From NCBI GenBank assembly GCA_012838425.1, contig DUPG01000011.1, positions 489 through 64,488 of the forward strand: a stretch of DNA of 64,000 nt, written 5' to 3'. The notes under the pieces were generated by a model. It searched no databases. It was not told the DNA's origin and saw only the letters and a program-made list of their open reading frames with translations. Source of the stretch: Clostridiales bacterium (lineage in GTDB: Bacteria; Bacillota; Clostridia; Christensenellales; CAG-138). Shown one piece after another: positions 10,274 to 23,556 of this stretch. The translations under genes and the position numbers were made by a program. How positions within the stretch are numbered: the first letter of the stretch is position 1; each line of letters opens with the position of its first letter.

Positions 10274-12289
10274 ATGGAGAGAAATATTGAATTTGAAAAC
10301 AGATTAGCCAACGAGAAATCACCGTATCTGTTGCAGCACAAAAACAACCCTGTTGACTGGTATCCGTGGGGCGATGAGGCTTTTGAGAAAGCAAGAGCAG
10401 AGGACAAGCCCATATTTTTGAGCATTGGATACTCAACTTGCCATTGGTGTCATGTTATGGAGAGGGAGTCCTTTGAGGACGAGGAGGTAGCGCAATTACT
10501 AAACAGGGGCTTTGTATCTATAAAGGTTGACAGAGAGGAGCGCCCCGACATTGATTCTGTGTATATGCAGGTGTGCCAAGCGTTGACGGGCAGCGGCGGC
10601 TGGCCATTAACAATAATTATGGATTCAGAGCAAAAGCCCTTCTTCGCAGGAACATACTTCCCCAAGCACAGCAGCTATGGAGTATTGGGGCTTATGGAGC
10701 TTCTTCCTAAAATATCAGAGCTTTGGGAGAATTCAAGAAGCGACTTGCAGGAAGGCATAGATAAGGTTATGCAGTATGTAAAGCGTTTTGAAGCACACGC
10801 CAACCCCTCGGAGCCGGAAAAGAGCATTCTTCACAACGCATACGCTTCATACAAGGATATTTACGATTCGCGCTTCGGAGGCTTTGGAATCGCGCCCAAG
10901 TTTCCTACTCCGCATAACCTGTTTTTCCTTTTGCGGTACGGCGTACTTGAAAACAGTCAGTTAGCGCTTGATATGGTAACGCATACGCTGAACTGCATGT
11001 ATAGGGGCGGCATATTCGACCATATAGGCGGGGGCTTTTCGCGCTATTCTACGGACAGGCTTTGGCTTGTGCCGCACTTTGAGAAGATGCTGTATGACAA
11101 CGCGCTTTTGCTAATTGCGTATTCCATGGCGCACAGCATTACAAACAAAGCGCATTACGCCTATGTAATAAGGCAGACAGCGGACTATTGCCTTAGAGAG
11201 CTTAGCAGTAAGGAGGGCGGCTTCTATTGCGGTGAGGACGCGGACAGCGAGGGTGTTGAAGGCAAGTTCTACGCATTTTCGCCGCACGAAATAAAGAGCG
11301 TGCTGGGAACAGAGCTTGGAAACAGGTTCAACGGGTGGTATGGCATTACCGAAAAGGGCAATTTCGAGGGCAAGAGCATTCCGAATCTCATAGATAACGA
11401 GCAATTTGCTGAAATTCCAGACGAATTAGAGCTTGCAAAAGCGAAATTGCTGGGGTATCGCAAAAAGCGCACATCGCTTCACAGAGATGAAAAGTGCTTG
11501 ACGGCGTGGAATTCACTTTTAATATGCGGGCTTGTGAACGCGCATTTGGCTTTAAGCGAGCCTCGGTATATTGAAGCGGCTGTGCAGGCGGAGAGGTTTA
11601 TTTCCGAAAAGCTATCAGATGGAAACAGGCTGTATGTGCGCTACATAGACGGCGAGCGCAAGGGCTATGGCAAGTTAGACGATTATGCGTTCTATGCTTG
11701 GGCGTTGATAGAGCTGTATCAATGCACATTCGACACGCAGTACCTGAAAAAAGCTATAAGCATTACAGAAGCTATGTGCGACGAGTTCTTCGATACTTCA
11801 AGCGGGGGCTTTTACTTATATTCGAAAAATGACGAGCAGCTTATTATTCGCCCTAAGGAGAGCTATGACGGCGCGATGCCTTCGGGAAATTCGGTCGCCG
11901 GATTTGTGCTGGATAAGCTGTATAAGCTGACAGGCGAGCTTATCTGGAAGGATAGGGCGATGCTGCAGCATAGCTTCATAAGCGCAAACGCCAAGAATTA
12001 CCCGCTTAGCACAGGCTTTGGCCTGTATGCGCTGACGCTTGCTTTATATCCCTCCGACGAGCTTGTGGCGGTTATGCCCACTCATACCGATTTAGAGATA
12101 ATAAAGGCACGCAGGCTTATGAACCCTAACCTCAGCATACTTGTAAAAACAGCGCAGAACAGAGGCGAGCTTGAAGCGTTGGCGCCATTCACAACTGCTT
12201 TCTCCATAGATAAGGACGCGGAGTTCTTTTTCTGTTCGGGGAATGAGTGCAAAAGCGTGAGGGATTCGATAAAGGAGCGCGTTTGGTAG
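10274..12289 (+). CDS. Thioredoxin-domain protein, YyaL/SPATA20 family
   Basis: [50 protein letters not shown]. Confidence 0.93.
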   Translation: MERNIEFENRLANEKSPYLLQHKNNPVDWYPWGDEAFEKARAEDKPIFLSIGYSTCHWCHVMERESFEDEEVAQLLNRGFVSIKVDREERPDIDSVYMQVCQALTGSGGWPLTIIMDSEQKPFFAGTYFPKHSSYGVLGLMELLPKISELWENSRSDLQEGIDKVMQYVKRFEAHANPSEPEKSILHNAYASYKDIYDSRFGGFGIAPKFPTPHNLFFLLRYGVLENSQLALDMVTHTLNCMYRGGIFDHIGGGFSRYSTDRLWLVPHFEKMLYDNALLLIAYSMAHSITNKAHYAYVIRQTADYCLRELSSKEGGFYCGEDADSEGVEGKFYAFSPHEIKSVLGTELGNRFNGWYGITEKGNFEGKSIPNLIDNEQFAEIPDELELAKAKLLGYRKKRTSLHRDEKCLTAWNSLLICGLVNAHLALSEPRYIEAAVQAERFISEKLSDGNRLYVRYIDGERKGYGKLDDYAFYAWALIELYQCTFDTQYLKKAISITEAMCDEFFDTSSGGFYLYSKNDEQLIIRPKESYDGAMPSGNSVAGFVLDKLYKLTGELIWKDRAMLQHSFISANAKNYPLSTGFGLYALTLALYPSDELVAVMPTHTDLEIIKARRLMNPNLSILVKTAQNRGELEALAPFTTAFSIDKDAEFFFCSGNECKSVRDSIKERVW

Positions 12290-12314
12290 CTGAAGCTCCG
12301 TGCTTCGCGCGGAA

Positions 12315-12612
12315 ATAAAGATACACTTTGCGTGAATGAAGATGCACTAACGCGCGAATGAAAAAAGTCGCTTATGCGAATGAAATATTGCGGGGGCAAC
12401 ATAAATGCTTACGCAATGAAATATTGCGCTTACGCGCAACATGGCTTTTTATTCAGTATTTTTTGCTTGACGATATAGCTTTTCGCTATTATCATTTATC
12501 GTAGGCGTATTTATTCAGCGGCTTTGCTGTATTCATAGCATAGCCGTTTCATGTTGTGCGAAGCACAATATTTCATGTCCGCAGGATATTTCATTATTCG
12601 CATAGCGAATTA
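12315..12612. repeat. ATGAAAT/ATTTCAT hairpin arrays in both orientations between convergent genes
   Basis: ATGAAAT-attgcgcttacgcgcaac at ~12416; TTTCAT-gttgtgcgaagcacaat-ATTTCAT-gtccgcaggat-ATTTCAT-tattcgcatagcgaatt at ~12546-12611. Confidence 0.8.
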
Positions 12613-13116
12613 TTAAACAAGCCTGTAAATCTCTCCGCACGCGATTTTTTCGCCTGAACTCCCTGCCGGCTGTGATGTAAAATCGTCTTGTTGGCTATGT
12701 ATTACAACCGTTCTGCCTATTATGCTTCTAATCGTAAATCTGTTCGTCAATACTGCCATAAAAGCATAGCCATTGTTTGAAAAAAGCGGGGGCAGGTCGC
12801 CTGCGTGCTGCGGGTGCGGGCAGTCTGTCGGGTTGTAGTGTCCGCCGGTCTGGGGGAATGGCTCAACTGTGTTGCCTTCGCAGGAGCTTCCCTCGTGAAT
12901 ATGAAAGGCGAATATAGAGTTGCCGCAGGTGTCGGGTGAAACGGGCAAGCCCTCAACCTCAGCGACTATTATCACTCCCCTGTTCGATTGATAGAAAAGC
13001 GCTTTTCCTGCAATGCCTCTGTGCTTTGCGCTGCCTCTTATTTCGGCAATCGCCTGCGGCTTTGCGTTTGCTAACTCTCTGATGTATGCGGACCTGCTTG
13101 TGATGAACGGAAACAC
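12613..13116 (-). CDS. Cu/Zn superoxide dismutase-family protein
   Basis: FHIHEG, GGHYNP, PHPQHAGDLP, GRTVVIH, KIACG; GTG start after AAAGGAG. Confidence 0.88.
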   Translation of the reverse strand: MFPFITSRSAYIRELANAKPQAIAEIRGSAKHRGIAGKALFYQSNRGVIIVAEVEGLPVSPDTCGNSIFAFHIHEGSSCEGNTVEPFPQTGGHYNPTDCPHPQHAGDLPPLFSNNGYAFMAVLTNRFTIRSIIGRTVVIHSQQDDFTSQPAGSSGEKIACGEIYRLV

Positions 13117-13199
13117 GCTACACTCTCCTTTACATTGTGCTATCTAATAGTATGAAAGAGAATGTGAAAAAGTGATTTATTGAGCTTGGAGCCAGTAGC

Positions 13200-13320
13200 T
13201 GTCGCCTGCGGCGAATCAAGATGCCGCTGACGCGTCGAATGAATAAATGCGCTTACGCGAATGAAACATTGCGGGGGGTGCAACATACATACGCAATAAA
13301 ATAGTGCGCTTATGCACAAC
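13200..13320. repeat. Degenerate hairpin-linker array
   Basis: tcgcctgcggcga-ATCAAGA...gcgcttacgcga-ATGAAAC-attgcggggggtgcaac. Confidence 0.6.
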
Positions 13321-13446
13321 AGGTTTGCTCATTTTGCATTTTCTCGTTCTGTGCGGATACTCCATACTCCTAACTCCGCAATCCACACACAAGCAAAATA
13401 AAACCGGCAGATTACTCTGCCGATTTTGCTTGAAGCTCTTTGCTTG

Positions 13447-13650
13447 TTATTCGCGTCTGTTCTTGCGGTCGCCTCTCACCAGCATATAGATTCCCCATAT
13501 GCCTGCCAGACCGACAAGCGTGTAAATAATGCGCGAAATAATGCTTGACATTCCGCCGAACAGCGCGGCGACTATGTCGAACTGCGCAAGTCCTATAGCA
13601 CCCCAGTTGAGTGCGCCGATTATCATCAATATCATTGCGATTACATCCAT
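13447..13650 (-). CDS. DUF378 (YuzA-like) small membrane protein
   Basis: IIGALNWGAIGL..FDIVAALFG...SRIIYTLVGLAG; downstream hairpin at ~13400-13428. Confidence 0.88.
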   Translation of the reverse strand: MDVIAMILMIIGALNWGAIGLAQFDIVAALFGGMSSIISRIIYTLVGLAGIWGIYMLVRGDRKNRRE

Positions 13651-13844
13651 ATTCTTCTCCTTACATACCGCTTTGGGTTTATTGTTATCGTTATGATTGC
13701 CAATTTGACGCAGATTTATTCATGGGAAAAGAAAAATGGGCAGCGCAAGTACCAATATTCTGAGAACAGACGGATAGTTGACGCGGAAATGCGGGATATG
13801 ATTATTAAAACGGATATAGTATGCGCAAAAACTTCACACTAATC

Positions 13845-13867
13845 AAAAGCACCCTTTCGGGTGCTTG
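13845..13867 (-). terminator. Intrinsic terminator after rpmF
   Basis: AAGCACCC-GAAA-GGGTGCTTTT on the minus strand. Confidence 0.75.
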
Positions 13868-13917
13868 ATGCTTGTGCTTTTCTTTTTCAATTTTTCTTTT
13901 TTGTGTTCGAACTCTGA

Positions 13918-14100
13918 TTAGTCTTCTTCAACCGATAGAACCTCGCGGCCGCCGTAGTAACCGCACTTTTTGCATACTCTGTGAGCTAATTTTGCTTCAC
14001 CGCATTTTTCGCATGCCACTATTCCCGGAACTGAAATTTTCCAATTTGCTCTGCGCTTGTCGCGTCTCGCCTTTGAAGTTTTTCGTTTTGGTACTGCCAT
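13918..14100 (-). CDS. rpmF: 50S ribosomal protein L32 (Zn-ribbon type)
   Basis: [18 protein letters not shown]...CEKC...[10 protein letters not shown]. Confidence 0.97.
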   Translation of the reverse strand: MAVPKRKTSKARRDKRRANWKISVPGIVACEKCGEAKLAHRVCKKCGYYGGREVLSVEED

Positions 14101-14103
14101 TAG

Positions 14104-14634
14104 TTACACCTCCTCTTTCTGTTTGCGCAGCGCTTCAAGTAGCTTTGCCCCTAAGCTGTCGGGGTTTAACTCGTCGCTGCCAATGTGTTTTGCGTTATTC
14201 GCGCCTGTGCAGTTCTCGCTGCACAATGAATACAGCGGCAAATTCAATACAACAGTCGTATAAACGAAATCGTATAAATCCAAGGTATCGCCGCTATAAA
14301 TGAAGGACTCCTTATCCTCATTCGTGAAATTATGGGGATATTCATCGCCCTTGTAATCGCTGCTGAAGAATCTTTCTTCAAAATCGCAATAAAAGGGCAT
14401 TACAAATTCGTTATTGCAGCGAGCACAGTTTTCATGGAAGCTGACGGAGATGCAGCCTTTCGCATTTATGGCATCACCGTCAAAGCTATAATCGAGCTCA
14501 ACCTTAACTGGCGAGGCAGGCACAAGCGTTCTGCCGCAAATTTCAATACTCGTAATTTCAAATTCAAGCGCTTTATGAACCCATGTTCCAAAGGCTTTCT
14601 TGGCTTCTGCAATTTTTATTACGGAATTACCCAT
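14104..14634 (-). CDS. YceD/DUF177-family protein
   Basis: CARC and LCSENCTG motifs; conserved position immediately upstream of rpmF. Confidence 0.85.
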   Translation of the reverse strand: MGNSVIKIAEAKKAFGTWVHKALEFEITSIEICGRTLVPASPVKVELDYSFDGDAINAKGCISVSFHENCARCNNEFVMPFYCDFEERFFSSDYKGDEYPHNFTNEDKESFIYSGDTLDLYDFVYTTVVLNLPLYSLCSENCTGANNAKHIGSDELNPDSLGAKLLEALRKQKEEV

Positions 14635-14782
14635 AAAATCACCTCATATATTCTACATATGCGCTTTTTAATTGTCAAACAGTTTTTTAGGCACTATATT
14701 ATTATGCTCAGGCTTTTGATATAAGAGCCAATGCATTTTGCAAAAAATATTACCCTCCCGACACGAGAGGGCAATTTGCTTG

Positions 14783-14968
14783 CTATTCTTCTTTTTTAGA
14801 ATGGTTATCAATATCTGTATCTATTTTTCTTCGCTTTTTAACACATTCTGAAAGCAGGTACTCTATCTGACCGTTTAGCGAGCGAAAATCGTCCTTTGCC
14901 CATGCGGCAAGCTGTTCGTATAGCTTTGAAGATATCCTTAATGGAATTTGCTTTTTTGTATCACTCAT
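14783..14968 (-). CDS. Arc/ribbon-helix-helix family small DNA-binding protein
   Basis: KKQIPLRIS...WAKDDFRSLNGQIEYLL; translationally coupled to the SPFH gene. Confidence 0.82.
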   Translation of the reverse strand: MSDTKKQIPLRISSKLYEQLAAWAKDDFRSLNGQIEYLLSECVKKRRKIDTDIDNHSKKEE

Positions 14969-15957
14969 CAGTACAAGCTGCCGCTATTAACTATCGGTTG
15001 TGCATCTCTGTTGCCACAAAGCACAACTAACAGATTAGAAACCATAGCCGCCTTGCGCTCCTCATCAAGCTTTACAATATCCTTTTCGTTCAACTTCTCC
15101 AAAGCCATCTCAACCATACCAACCGCACCATCAACAATCATAGTTCTGGCAGCTATAATGGCGCTTGCTTGCTGCCTTTGCAACATAGCTGCTGCAATTT
15201 CCGGAGCGTATGCAAGGTAGGTAATTCGTGCTTCTATAATCTCAATGCCTGCGTTTTCTACCTTTTCTTGAATCTCATTGCGAATACGCTCTGCCACCAC
15301 AGAGCTTGAGCCGCGCAAGCTGCCCTCATCGGGCTTGCCATCGCCTGTTGTGTCGATTCCGGGGCTAACATCATAAGGATAAATTCTAACTATATTTCTA
15401 ACCGCACTATCGCATTGAAGAGACAGATACTCTTTGAAGTTGTCAACATTGAACACAGCCTTTGCAGTGTCAACAACCCGCCACATTACAGCAATTCCAA
15501 TCTCAACCGGATTTCCTAAAACATCGTTTACCTTTTGCTTGTAGTTGTTTAAGGTCATTACTTTTAGTGAAATTTTCTTGCTTGCTGCCTGCGCTTGAGC
15601 ATTACCGCTTCCACTAACATCACTGCTTTGACCTAATTGAGTTTTGTATGCGGGATTGATTGCCGACGAGAACGGATTTACATAGAAAAACCCTGCTTCT
15701 TTAAGAGTGCCTATGTATTTGCCGAATAGTGTTAGCACAAGCGCTTCCTGCGGTTGAATTAGTTTCAACCCACAGAACGGGATAATGCCCAGAATAGACC
15801 ATAAAAGCCCAACTACAAAAGGAATTGCTCCCCAATCGCTTGAGCTGTCTAACAGAATTGCACCCAATATTATCAACCCAACCGCCACAAGATATAGCGC
15901 AATAAACAATATAAGCATGGGAATACCGGGTTTAGCCTTTAGAATCTTTTCGTTCAT
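14968..15957 (-). CDS. SPFH/band-7 domain membrane protein
   Basis: Two N-terminal TM helices; KVNDVLGNPVEI; LAYAPEIAAAMLQRQQASAII; MVSNLLVVLCG. Confidence 0.92.
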   Translation of the reverse strand: MNEKILKAKPGIPMLILFIALYLVAVGLIILGAILLDSSSDWGAIPFVVGLLWSILGIIPFCGLKLIQPQEALVLTLFGKYIGTLKEAGFFYVNPFSSAINPAYKTQLGQSSDVSGSGNAQAQAASKKISLKVMTLNNYKQKVNDVLGNPVEIGIAVMWRVVDTAKAVFNVDNFKEYLSLQCDSAVRNIVRIYPYDVSPGIDTTGDGKPDEGSLRGSSSVVAERIRNEIQEKVENAGIEIIEARITYLAYAPEIAAAMLQRQQASAIIAARTMIVDGAVGMVEMALEKLNEKDIVKLDEERKAAMVSNLLVVLCGNRDAQPIVNSGSLY

Positions 15958-16084
15958 AATTACCCCCCTATTATTTGATATAATTATGATATCATACAGA
16001 TATTAGTAACGCAAGGATTATTTGCGAAAGATGAGGCAATTCTTTTTAATAGCTTGAAAAATGCATATTTGCAAAATTCTTTAC

Positions 16085-16113
16085 TTGCAATGGCCGTTGC
16101 TATAGGGTATAAT
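16085..16113 (+). promoter_or_regulatory. sigma-A promoter of tRNA-Ser
   Basis: TTGCAA-17 nt-TATAAT. Confidence 0.7.
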
Positions 16114-16131
16114 GCTTTGGCAATGTTATGT

Positions 16132-16220
16132 GGAGAGGTATCGAAGCGGTCATAACGGGGCTGACTCGAAATCAGTTTGTGGGAAACCACACGTGGGTTC
16201 GAATCCCACCCTCTCCGCCA
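16132..16220 (+). tRNA. tRNA-Ser (anticodon CGA)
   Basis: GGAGAGG...CCTCTCC-G-CCA acceptor stem, anticodon loop CTCGAAA, long variable arm (gtgggaaaccac), GTTCGAATC T-loop. Confidence 0.96.
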
Positions 16221-16399
16221 AAAGTCCAGTAACCATGCGGGTTTCTGGGCTTTTTCTTTTTTCGTAAAACCCAACTTTTCGCTGATTTTTATCGTTTTTC
16301 GCGTTAGAACTGCTTATTTCTACACAAATTAAGGGTTCGAAACCGCTTCTTCGCCTTCATCCGTCTCCGTAATCTCGCTCCATCGGCGTTCGAAATTCC

Positions 16400-16505
16400 A
16401 AGCGAATTCCTCATTCGGCAGCTTGTTGCCGTATTCATTCGGGCGCAGCGTGTCTTAATTCGGGCGAAGGGCATCTTCATTCAGTGCAAAGCGCTGTCTG
16501 CATTT
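16400..16505. repeat. TCTTCATT-type hairpin array between tRNA-Ser and recF
   Basis: tcatt-cggcagcttgttgccg-tattcatt-cgggcgcagcgtg-tcttaatt-cgggcgaagggca-tcttcatt-cagtgcaaagcgctg. Confidence 0.8.
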
Positions 16506-16554
16506 CCGCGCCTTGCGTGGAGCTAACAACTTCTTTCTTAATATTAAATAGCAC

Positions 16555-16584
16555 TTGCCAAAACAGCATAAAATATGTTATAAT
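16555..16584 (+). promoter_or_regulatory. sigma-A promoter (extended -10) of recF-gyrB-gyrA
   Basis: TTGCCA-18 nt-TATAAT with TG-n immediately before the -10. Confidence 0.7.
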
Positions 16585-16610
16585 TCAAAGGTTGAGGAGG
16601 CTTTTTCAAT

Positions 16611-19677
<3,067 letters not shown>

Positions 19678-19689
19678 CGGAGGAAGAGT

Positions 19690-22257
19690 ATGTCAGACAT
19701 TATAGAAAGCAACATAACGCAGGACAATCATGGCGGCACGATAATTCCGCTTGACTTGGAAACCGAGGTAAAGCGATCATTCATGGCGTATTCAATGGCG
19801 GTTATCATAAACCGCGCGCTGCCCGATGTGCGTGATGGGCTTAAGCCCGTTCACAGAAGAATACTTTACGGAATGGACGAGCTTAGCCTGCAGCCCGACA
19901 AGCCCACGCGTAAGAGTGCGCGTATAGTTGGCGATGTTATGGGTAAGTACCACCCGCACGGCGATTCATCTATATATGACGCTATGGTGCGCTTGGCGCA
20001 GGACTTCAATATGCGCTATCCCTTGGTGCAGGGGCAGGGCAATTTCGGAAGCATAGACGGCGACGCGGCGGCCGCAAACCGTTACACAGAAGCAAGGCTT
20101 GATAAGCTGGCAGTAGAAATGCTGAGAGATATTGACAAGAACACGGTTGACTTCATGCCCAACTTCGACGAAACGCTTATGGAGCCCAAGGTATTGCCGA
20201 GCAGGTTCCCGAATCTCCTGGTCAACGGCTCAAACGGCATAGCGGTTGGCATGGCGACAAATATTCCACCGCATAATTTAGGCGAGGTTATAGACGCGTA
20301 TGTTGCGCTTATAGACAACCCCGATATCACAATAGAAGAGATTATGACGCATATACAAGCGCCCGACTTCCCCACAGGCGGAATAATAATGGGCACAAGC
20401 GGAGTGCGTCAGGCATACCGCACGGGCAGGGGCAAGGTAGTGGTAAGAGGCAAGGCGGAAATTGAGGATATGGCAGGCAACCGCCAGCGCATTATAGTTA
20501 CCGAGATTCCCTATCAGGTGAATAAGGCGACCTTGGTTGAAAGCATATCCAACCTTGTGCAGTCAAAGGTCATAGAGGGCATATCCGACCTGCGCGACGA
20601 GTCCAACCGCGAGGGCATACGCATAGTCATAGAGCTGAAGCGCGATGTAAACGCGAATGTAGTATTGAATCAGCTATACAAGCATACGCGCTTGCAGGAT
20701 ACCTTCGGAATAATAATGTTAGCGCTTGTTGACAACGAGCCGAAGGTTCTGAACCTAAAGGATATGCTGAGGCACTACTTGGCGTTCCAGGAGGAAGTCG
20801 TTACGCGCAGAACGCAGTACGACCTTGAAAAAGCGCAGGAGAGATTGCACATATTAGAGGGCTTATTGCGTGCGCTTGACATGATTGACGAAATTATTGA
20901 GTTCATAAAGTCATCACGCAACGCTCAGGAAGCAAAGGAGGGCCTGATTGAGAGGTTCGGCTTCTCCGAAAAGCAGGCGCAGGCGATATTGGATATGCGC
21001 TTGCAGAGATTGACGGGCTTAGAGCGCGAGAAACTGCAGGATGAGCACGACGAGCTGAAAAAGCAGGTTGAATACTACATTGCAGTTCTTAACGACAGAG
21101 CATTGCTTTTAGGCATAATAAAGGACGAGATTTTAGAGGTTAAGCGCAGGTTCGCAGACAAGCGCAGAACAGAAATAGAGTATGTGTTCGACTCCGCCGA
21201 CATTGATTTAGACGACATCATACAGGAAGAGGATATGGTGGTTACCGCTACCCATATGGGCTATATAAAGCGCATAAGCGTTGACGAGTATAAATTACAG
21301 CGCAGGGGCGGCGTAGGCGTGCGCGGTCAGACGACTAAGGACGACGACTTCGTGGCGCGCATATTCGTAACCTCAACCCACAACGAAATAATGTTCTTCA
21401 CGAATACGGGCAGAGCGTTCAAAATGAAGTGCTATCTTATTCCCGAAGCCGGCAGAACAGCTAAGGGCACTCCCATAGTAAACCTTTTGCAGCTGCAGCC
21501 CGGCGAGTCCATAACTGCGGCGTTCCCCGTTACGAGCAACGAGGGCTACCTAATGCTTGCCACAAGGCAGGGCATTATAAAGAAAACGCCCATGAGCGAG
21601 TTCGACAACATTCGCAAGGGCGGCATAATAGCGCAGAAGCTGTATGAGGGCGATTCGGTCGTGAATGTGCTATTATCAAGCGGCAATGATGAAATCATAA
21701 TAGGAACTAAGTTCGGAAAAGCGATTCGCTTCAACGAAAGCGACGTGCGCCCCATGGGCAGAACAGCCGCCGGCGTGCGCTCTGTAAAATTGGCGGAGGG
21801 CGACGAGATTATAGATATGCAGCTTGTGCAGCCCGACCACTATGTGCTGTGCGTAACCGAAAACGGTATGGGCAAGCGCACGATAGAGTCGCAGTACCGT
21901 ATGCAGAAGCGCGGCGGCAAGGGCATTATGGCTATGCAGATAACCGAGAAAACCGGCTATCTAAGCTGTATGCGCGTAGTTCAGGGTGATGAAGAGCTTA
22001 TGCTCATATCCACAGACGGAACTGTTATTCGCGTGGAAATCGAGCATATAAGCGCAATATCACGCGCAACCCAAGGTGTGAGAATAATGCGCTTGAACGA
22101 GGGCGCTAAGGTGGCTTCCGTAGCGGTTGTAGAAAGCAACACCAATGAGGACGCCGAGCTTGAGGAGCCCGAGGTATTAGACCCGGCGGACTTAGAGGCG
22201 GCGAGCGCCGAGGCGGACGAGGATATAGCCGAGGACACCGACGAGAGCGAAGAATAA
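19690..22257 (+). CDS. gyrA: DNA gyrase subunit A
   Basis: [27 protein letters not shown] catalytic Tyr, GyrA-box QRRGGVG, acidic tail. Confidence 0.98.
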   Translation: MSDIIESNITQDNHGGTIIPLDLETEVKRSFMAYSMAVIINRALPDVRDGLKPVHRRILYGMDELSLQPDKPTRKSARIVGDVMGKYHPHGDSSIYDAMVRLAQDFNMRYPLVQGQGNFGSIDGDAAAANRYTEARLDKLAVEMLRDIDKNTVDFMPNFDETLMEPKVLPSRFPNLLVNGSNGIAVGMATNIPPHNLGEVIDAYVALIDNPDITIEEIMTHIQAPDFPTGGIIMGTSGVRQAYRTGRGKVVVRGKAEIEDMAGNRQRIIVTEIPYQVNKATLVESISNLVQSKVIEGISDLRDESNREGIRIVIELKRDVNANVVLNQLYKHTRLQDTFGIIMLALVDNEPKVLNLKDMLRHYLAFQEEVVTRRTQYDLEKAQERLHILEGLLRALDMIDEIIEFIKSSRNAQEAKEGLIERFGFSEKQAQAILDMRLQRLTGLEREKLQDEHDELKKQVEYYIAVLNDRALLLGIIKDEILEVKRRFADKRRTEIEYVFDSADIDLDDIIQEEDMVVTATHMGYIKRISVDEYKLQRRGGVGVRGQTTKDDDFVARIFVTSTHNEIMFFTNTGRAFKMKCYLIPEAGRTAKGTPIVNLLQLQPGESITAAFPVTSNEGYLMLATRQGIIKKTPMSEFDNIRKGGIIAQKLYEGDSVVNVLLSSGNDEIIIGTKFGKAIRFNESDVRPMGRTAAGVRSVKLAEGDEIIDMQLVQPDHYVLCVTENGMGKRTIESQYRMQKRGGKGIMAMQITEKTGYLSCMRVVQGDEELMLISTDGTVIRVEIEHISAISRATQGVRIMRLNEGAKVASVAVVESNTNEDAELEEPEVLDPADLEAASAEADEDIAEDTDESEE

Positions 22258-22265
22258 TAGATAAG

Positions 22266-22289
22266 AAAAAAGGGCGAAAGCCCTTTTTT
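22266..22289. terminator. Bidirectional intrinsic terminator after gyrA
   Basis: AAAAAAGGGC-GAAA-GCCCTTTTTT. Confidence 0.85.
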
Positions 22290-22317
22290 GTCAGGCTACG
22301 CGAAACGCGAAATTATC

Positions 22318-22372
22318 GGAGAGCGCCCCCGTACCCCGCTTCTTTTCTTTGAAAAAAGAAGCAAAAGGACAT
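22318..22372. repeat. Cap element copy
   Basis: gcgccccgtaccccgcttcttttctttgaaaaaagaagcaaaaggaca. Confidence 0.75.
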
Positions 22373-22428
22373 ATAAAATCTTATAACTGTTTAATTCCGG
22401 TCGGGAAATTCCATGCACGCTTTGCAAT

Positions 22429-23154
22429 TTAACTCCGCATTTCGCACTCCCTCAATAGCGCGTTTATTTCTTCCTCCGTCAAAAAACGCCACTCACCGGC
22501 ACGCAAATTGTTCAGTCGTAGGCTGCCTATTGCTACTCGGCGCAGGCGTAAAACCTTGTGCCCCACAGCCTCGAACATTCGGCGCACCTGCCTGTTTCTG
22601 CCCTCGCTGATTGAAAGCAGTACGGTTGTGTTCTCAATATCAAGCCTTGCGCTGCCTACGCTGTGAATCTTGGCTTTTGCCTTTCTGCCATCATCTATTT
22701 GCACGCCTTCTTTCAGTTTTTCTATGGCTTGCGGGCTTAATTTGCCCTCAACAAGTGCGCGGTAGGTCTTATCAATATTATGTCGGGGGTGCGTAAGGCG
22801 ATTTGCCAGCTCGCCGTCATTCGTGAAAAGCAATAATCCCTCTGAATCTATATCAAGTCTGCCTATGTTGAACACTCTGAAGCCCAAGTCCCTAAAATAT
22901 TCCTGCGTGGTGCGCCTGCCTTGCGGATCCGAAGCGGTTGAAACCACTCCGCGCGGCTTGTTAAGCATTATTACTACGCGCGGCTGGCTTATTGTGAGCT
23001 TTTTACCGTTTAATCTTATGTCGTCATCAGGCTCCACGCTCATGCCAAGCTCGGCTACCTTGCCGTTTACGGTTACTTCGCCTTTTAGTATCATTTCTTC
23101 GCATTTTCTACGCGAAGCCACGCCCGCTTCCGCCATGAATTTTTGTAAACGCAT
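22429..23154 (-). CDS. rRNA pseudouridine synthase, RluB/RsuA family
   Basis: S4 domain MRLQKFMAEAGVASRR, GRLD catalytic motif, EGRNRQVRRM. Confidence 0.93.
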   Translation of the reverse strand: MRLQKFMAEAGVASRRKCEEMILKGEVTVNGKVAELGMSVEPDDDIRLNGKKLTISQPRVVIMLNKPRGVVSTASDPQGRRTTQEYFRDLGFRVFNIGRLDIDSEGLLLFTNDGELANRLTHPRHNIDKTYRALVEGKLSPQAIEKLKEGVQIDDGRKAKAKIHSVGSARLDIENTTVLLSISEGRNRQVRRMFEAVGHKVLRLRRVAIGSLRLNNLRAGEWRFLTEEEINALLRECEMRS

Positions 23155-23249
23155 ACGCACCTGCTTTTTGTGAGTTATGGGAGTATTATATGCTAATGTG
23201 AAAGGAAGAACAAGCTTTCAAAGTGTGGAATATGAAAACACAAAAAACG

Positions 23250-23556
23250 ATAAACAATCGCAGAGGGCGCATTGCGCGTCCGCTTTTAGTGCTATCGCAA
23301 TGAAGACACGCTACGCGTGAATGAAGATGCCCTGCGGGCAAATGAAGACGGGCACAGCCCGAATGAAGACAATGCTTCGCATTGAATGAAGCCAGCGACG
23401 ATGTCGAATAATGCGCAGGGTGCGCATTGCGCGTCCGTTTTATATTGCAACAGCCACACCACGCACCGTACAATATCCCATGTTCCGCTATTCCCACAGC
23501 GACATATAGCTGTTCGCCAGCAACATTAAGCTGTTCGCGTCAGCGAACAATTTAGC
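23250..23556. repeat. Clearest AATGAAGA hairpin array, two REP-like palindromes and a short TTTAGC array
   Basis: AATGAAGA-cacgctacgcgtg-AATGAAGA-tgccctgcgggca-AATGAAGA-cgggcacagcccg-AATGAAGA-caatgcttcgcattg-AATGAAG at 23299-23391; gcgcattgcgcgtccg at ~23267 and ~23422. Confidence 0.9.

Noticed and set aside
16221-16420. Prophage/ICE integrated at tRNA-Ser or a recombinase remnant downstream
   Set aside because: No duplicated tRNA 3' end and no integrase seen; part of the apparent peptide (gaattcgcttg) is shared with the repeat at ~838-847.
19940-19990. Quinolone-resistance substitution in GyrA
   Set aside because: The QRDR reads [10 protein letters not shown], with the susceptible-type Ser and acidic residue.
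23299-23391. Hairpin-linker arrays as a CRISPR array
   Set aside because: The constant part is only 7-9 nt, the variable parts are 13-17 nt, self-complementary and reused at many loci, and there are no cas genes in the window.
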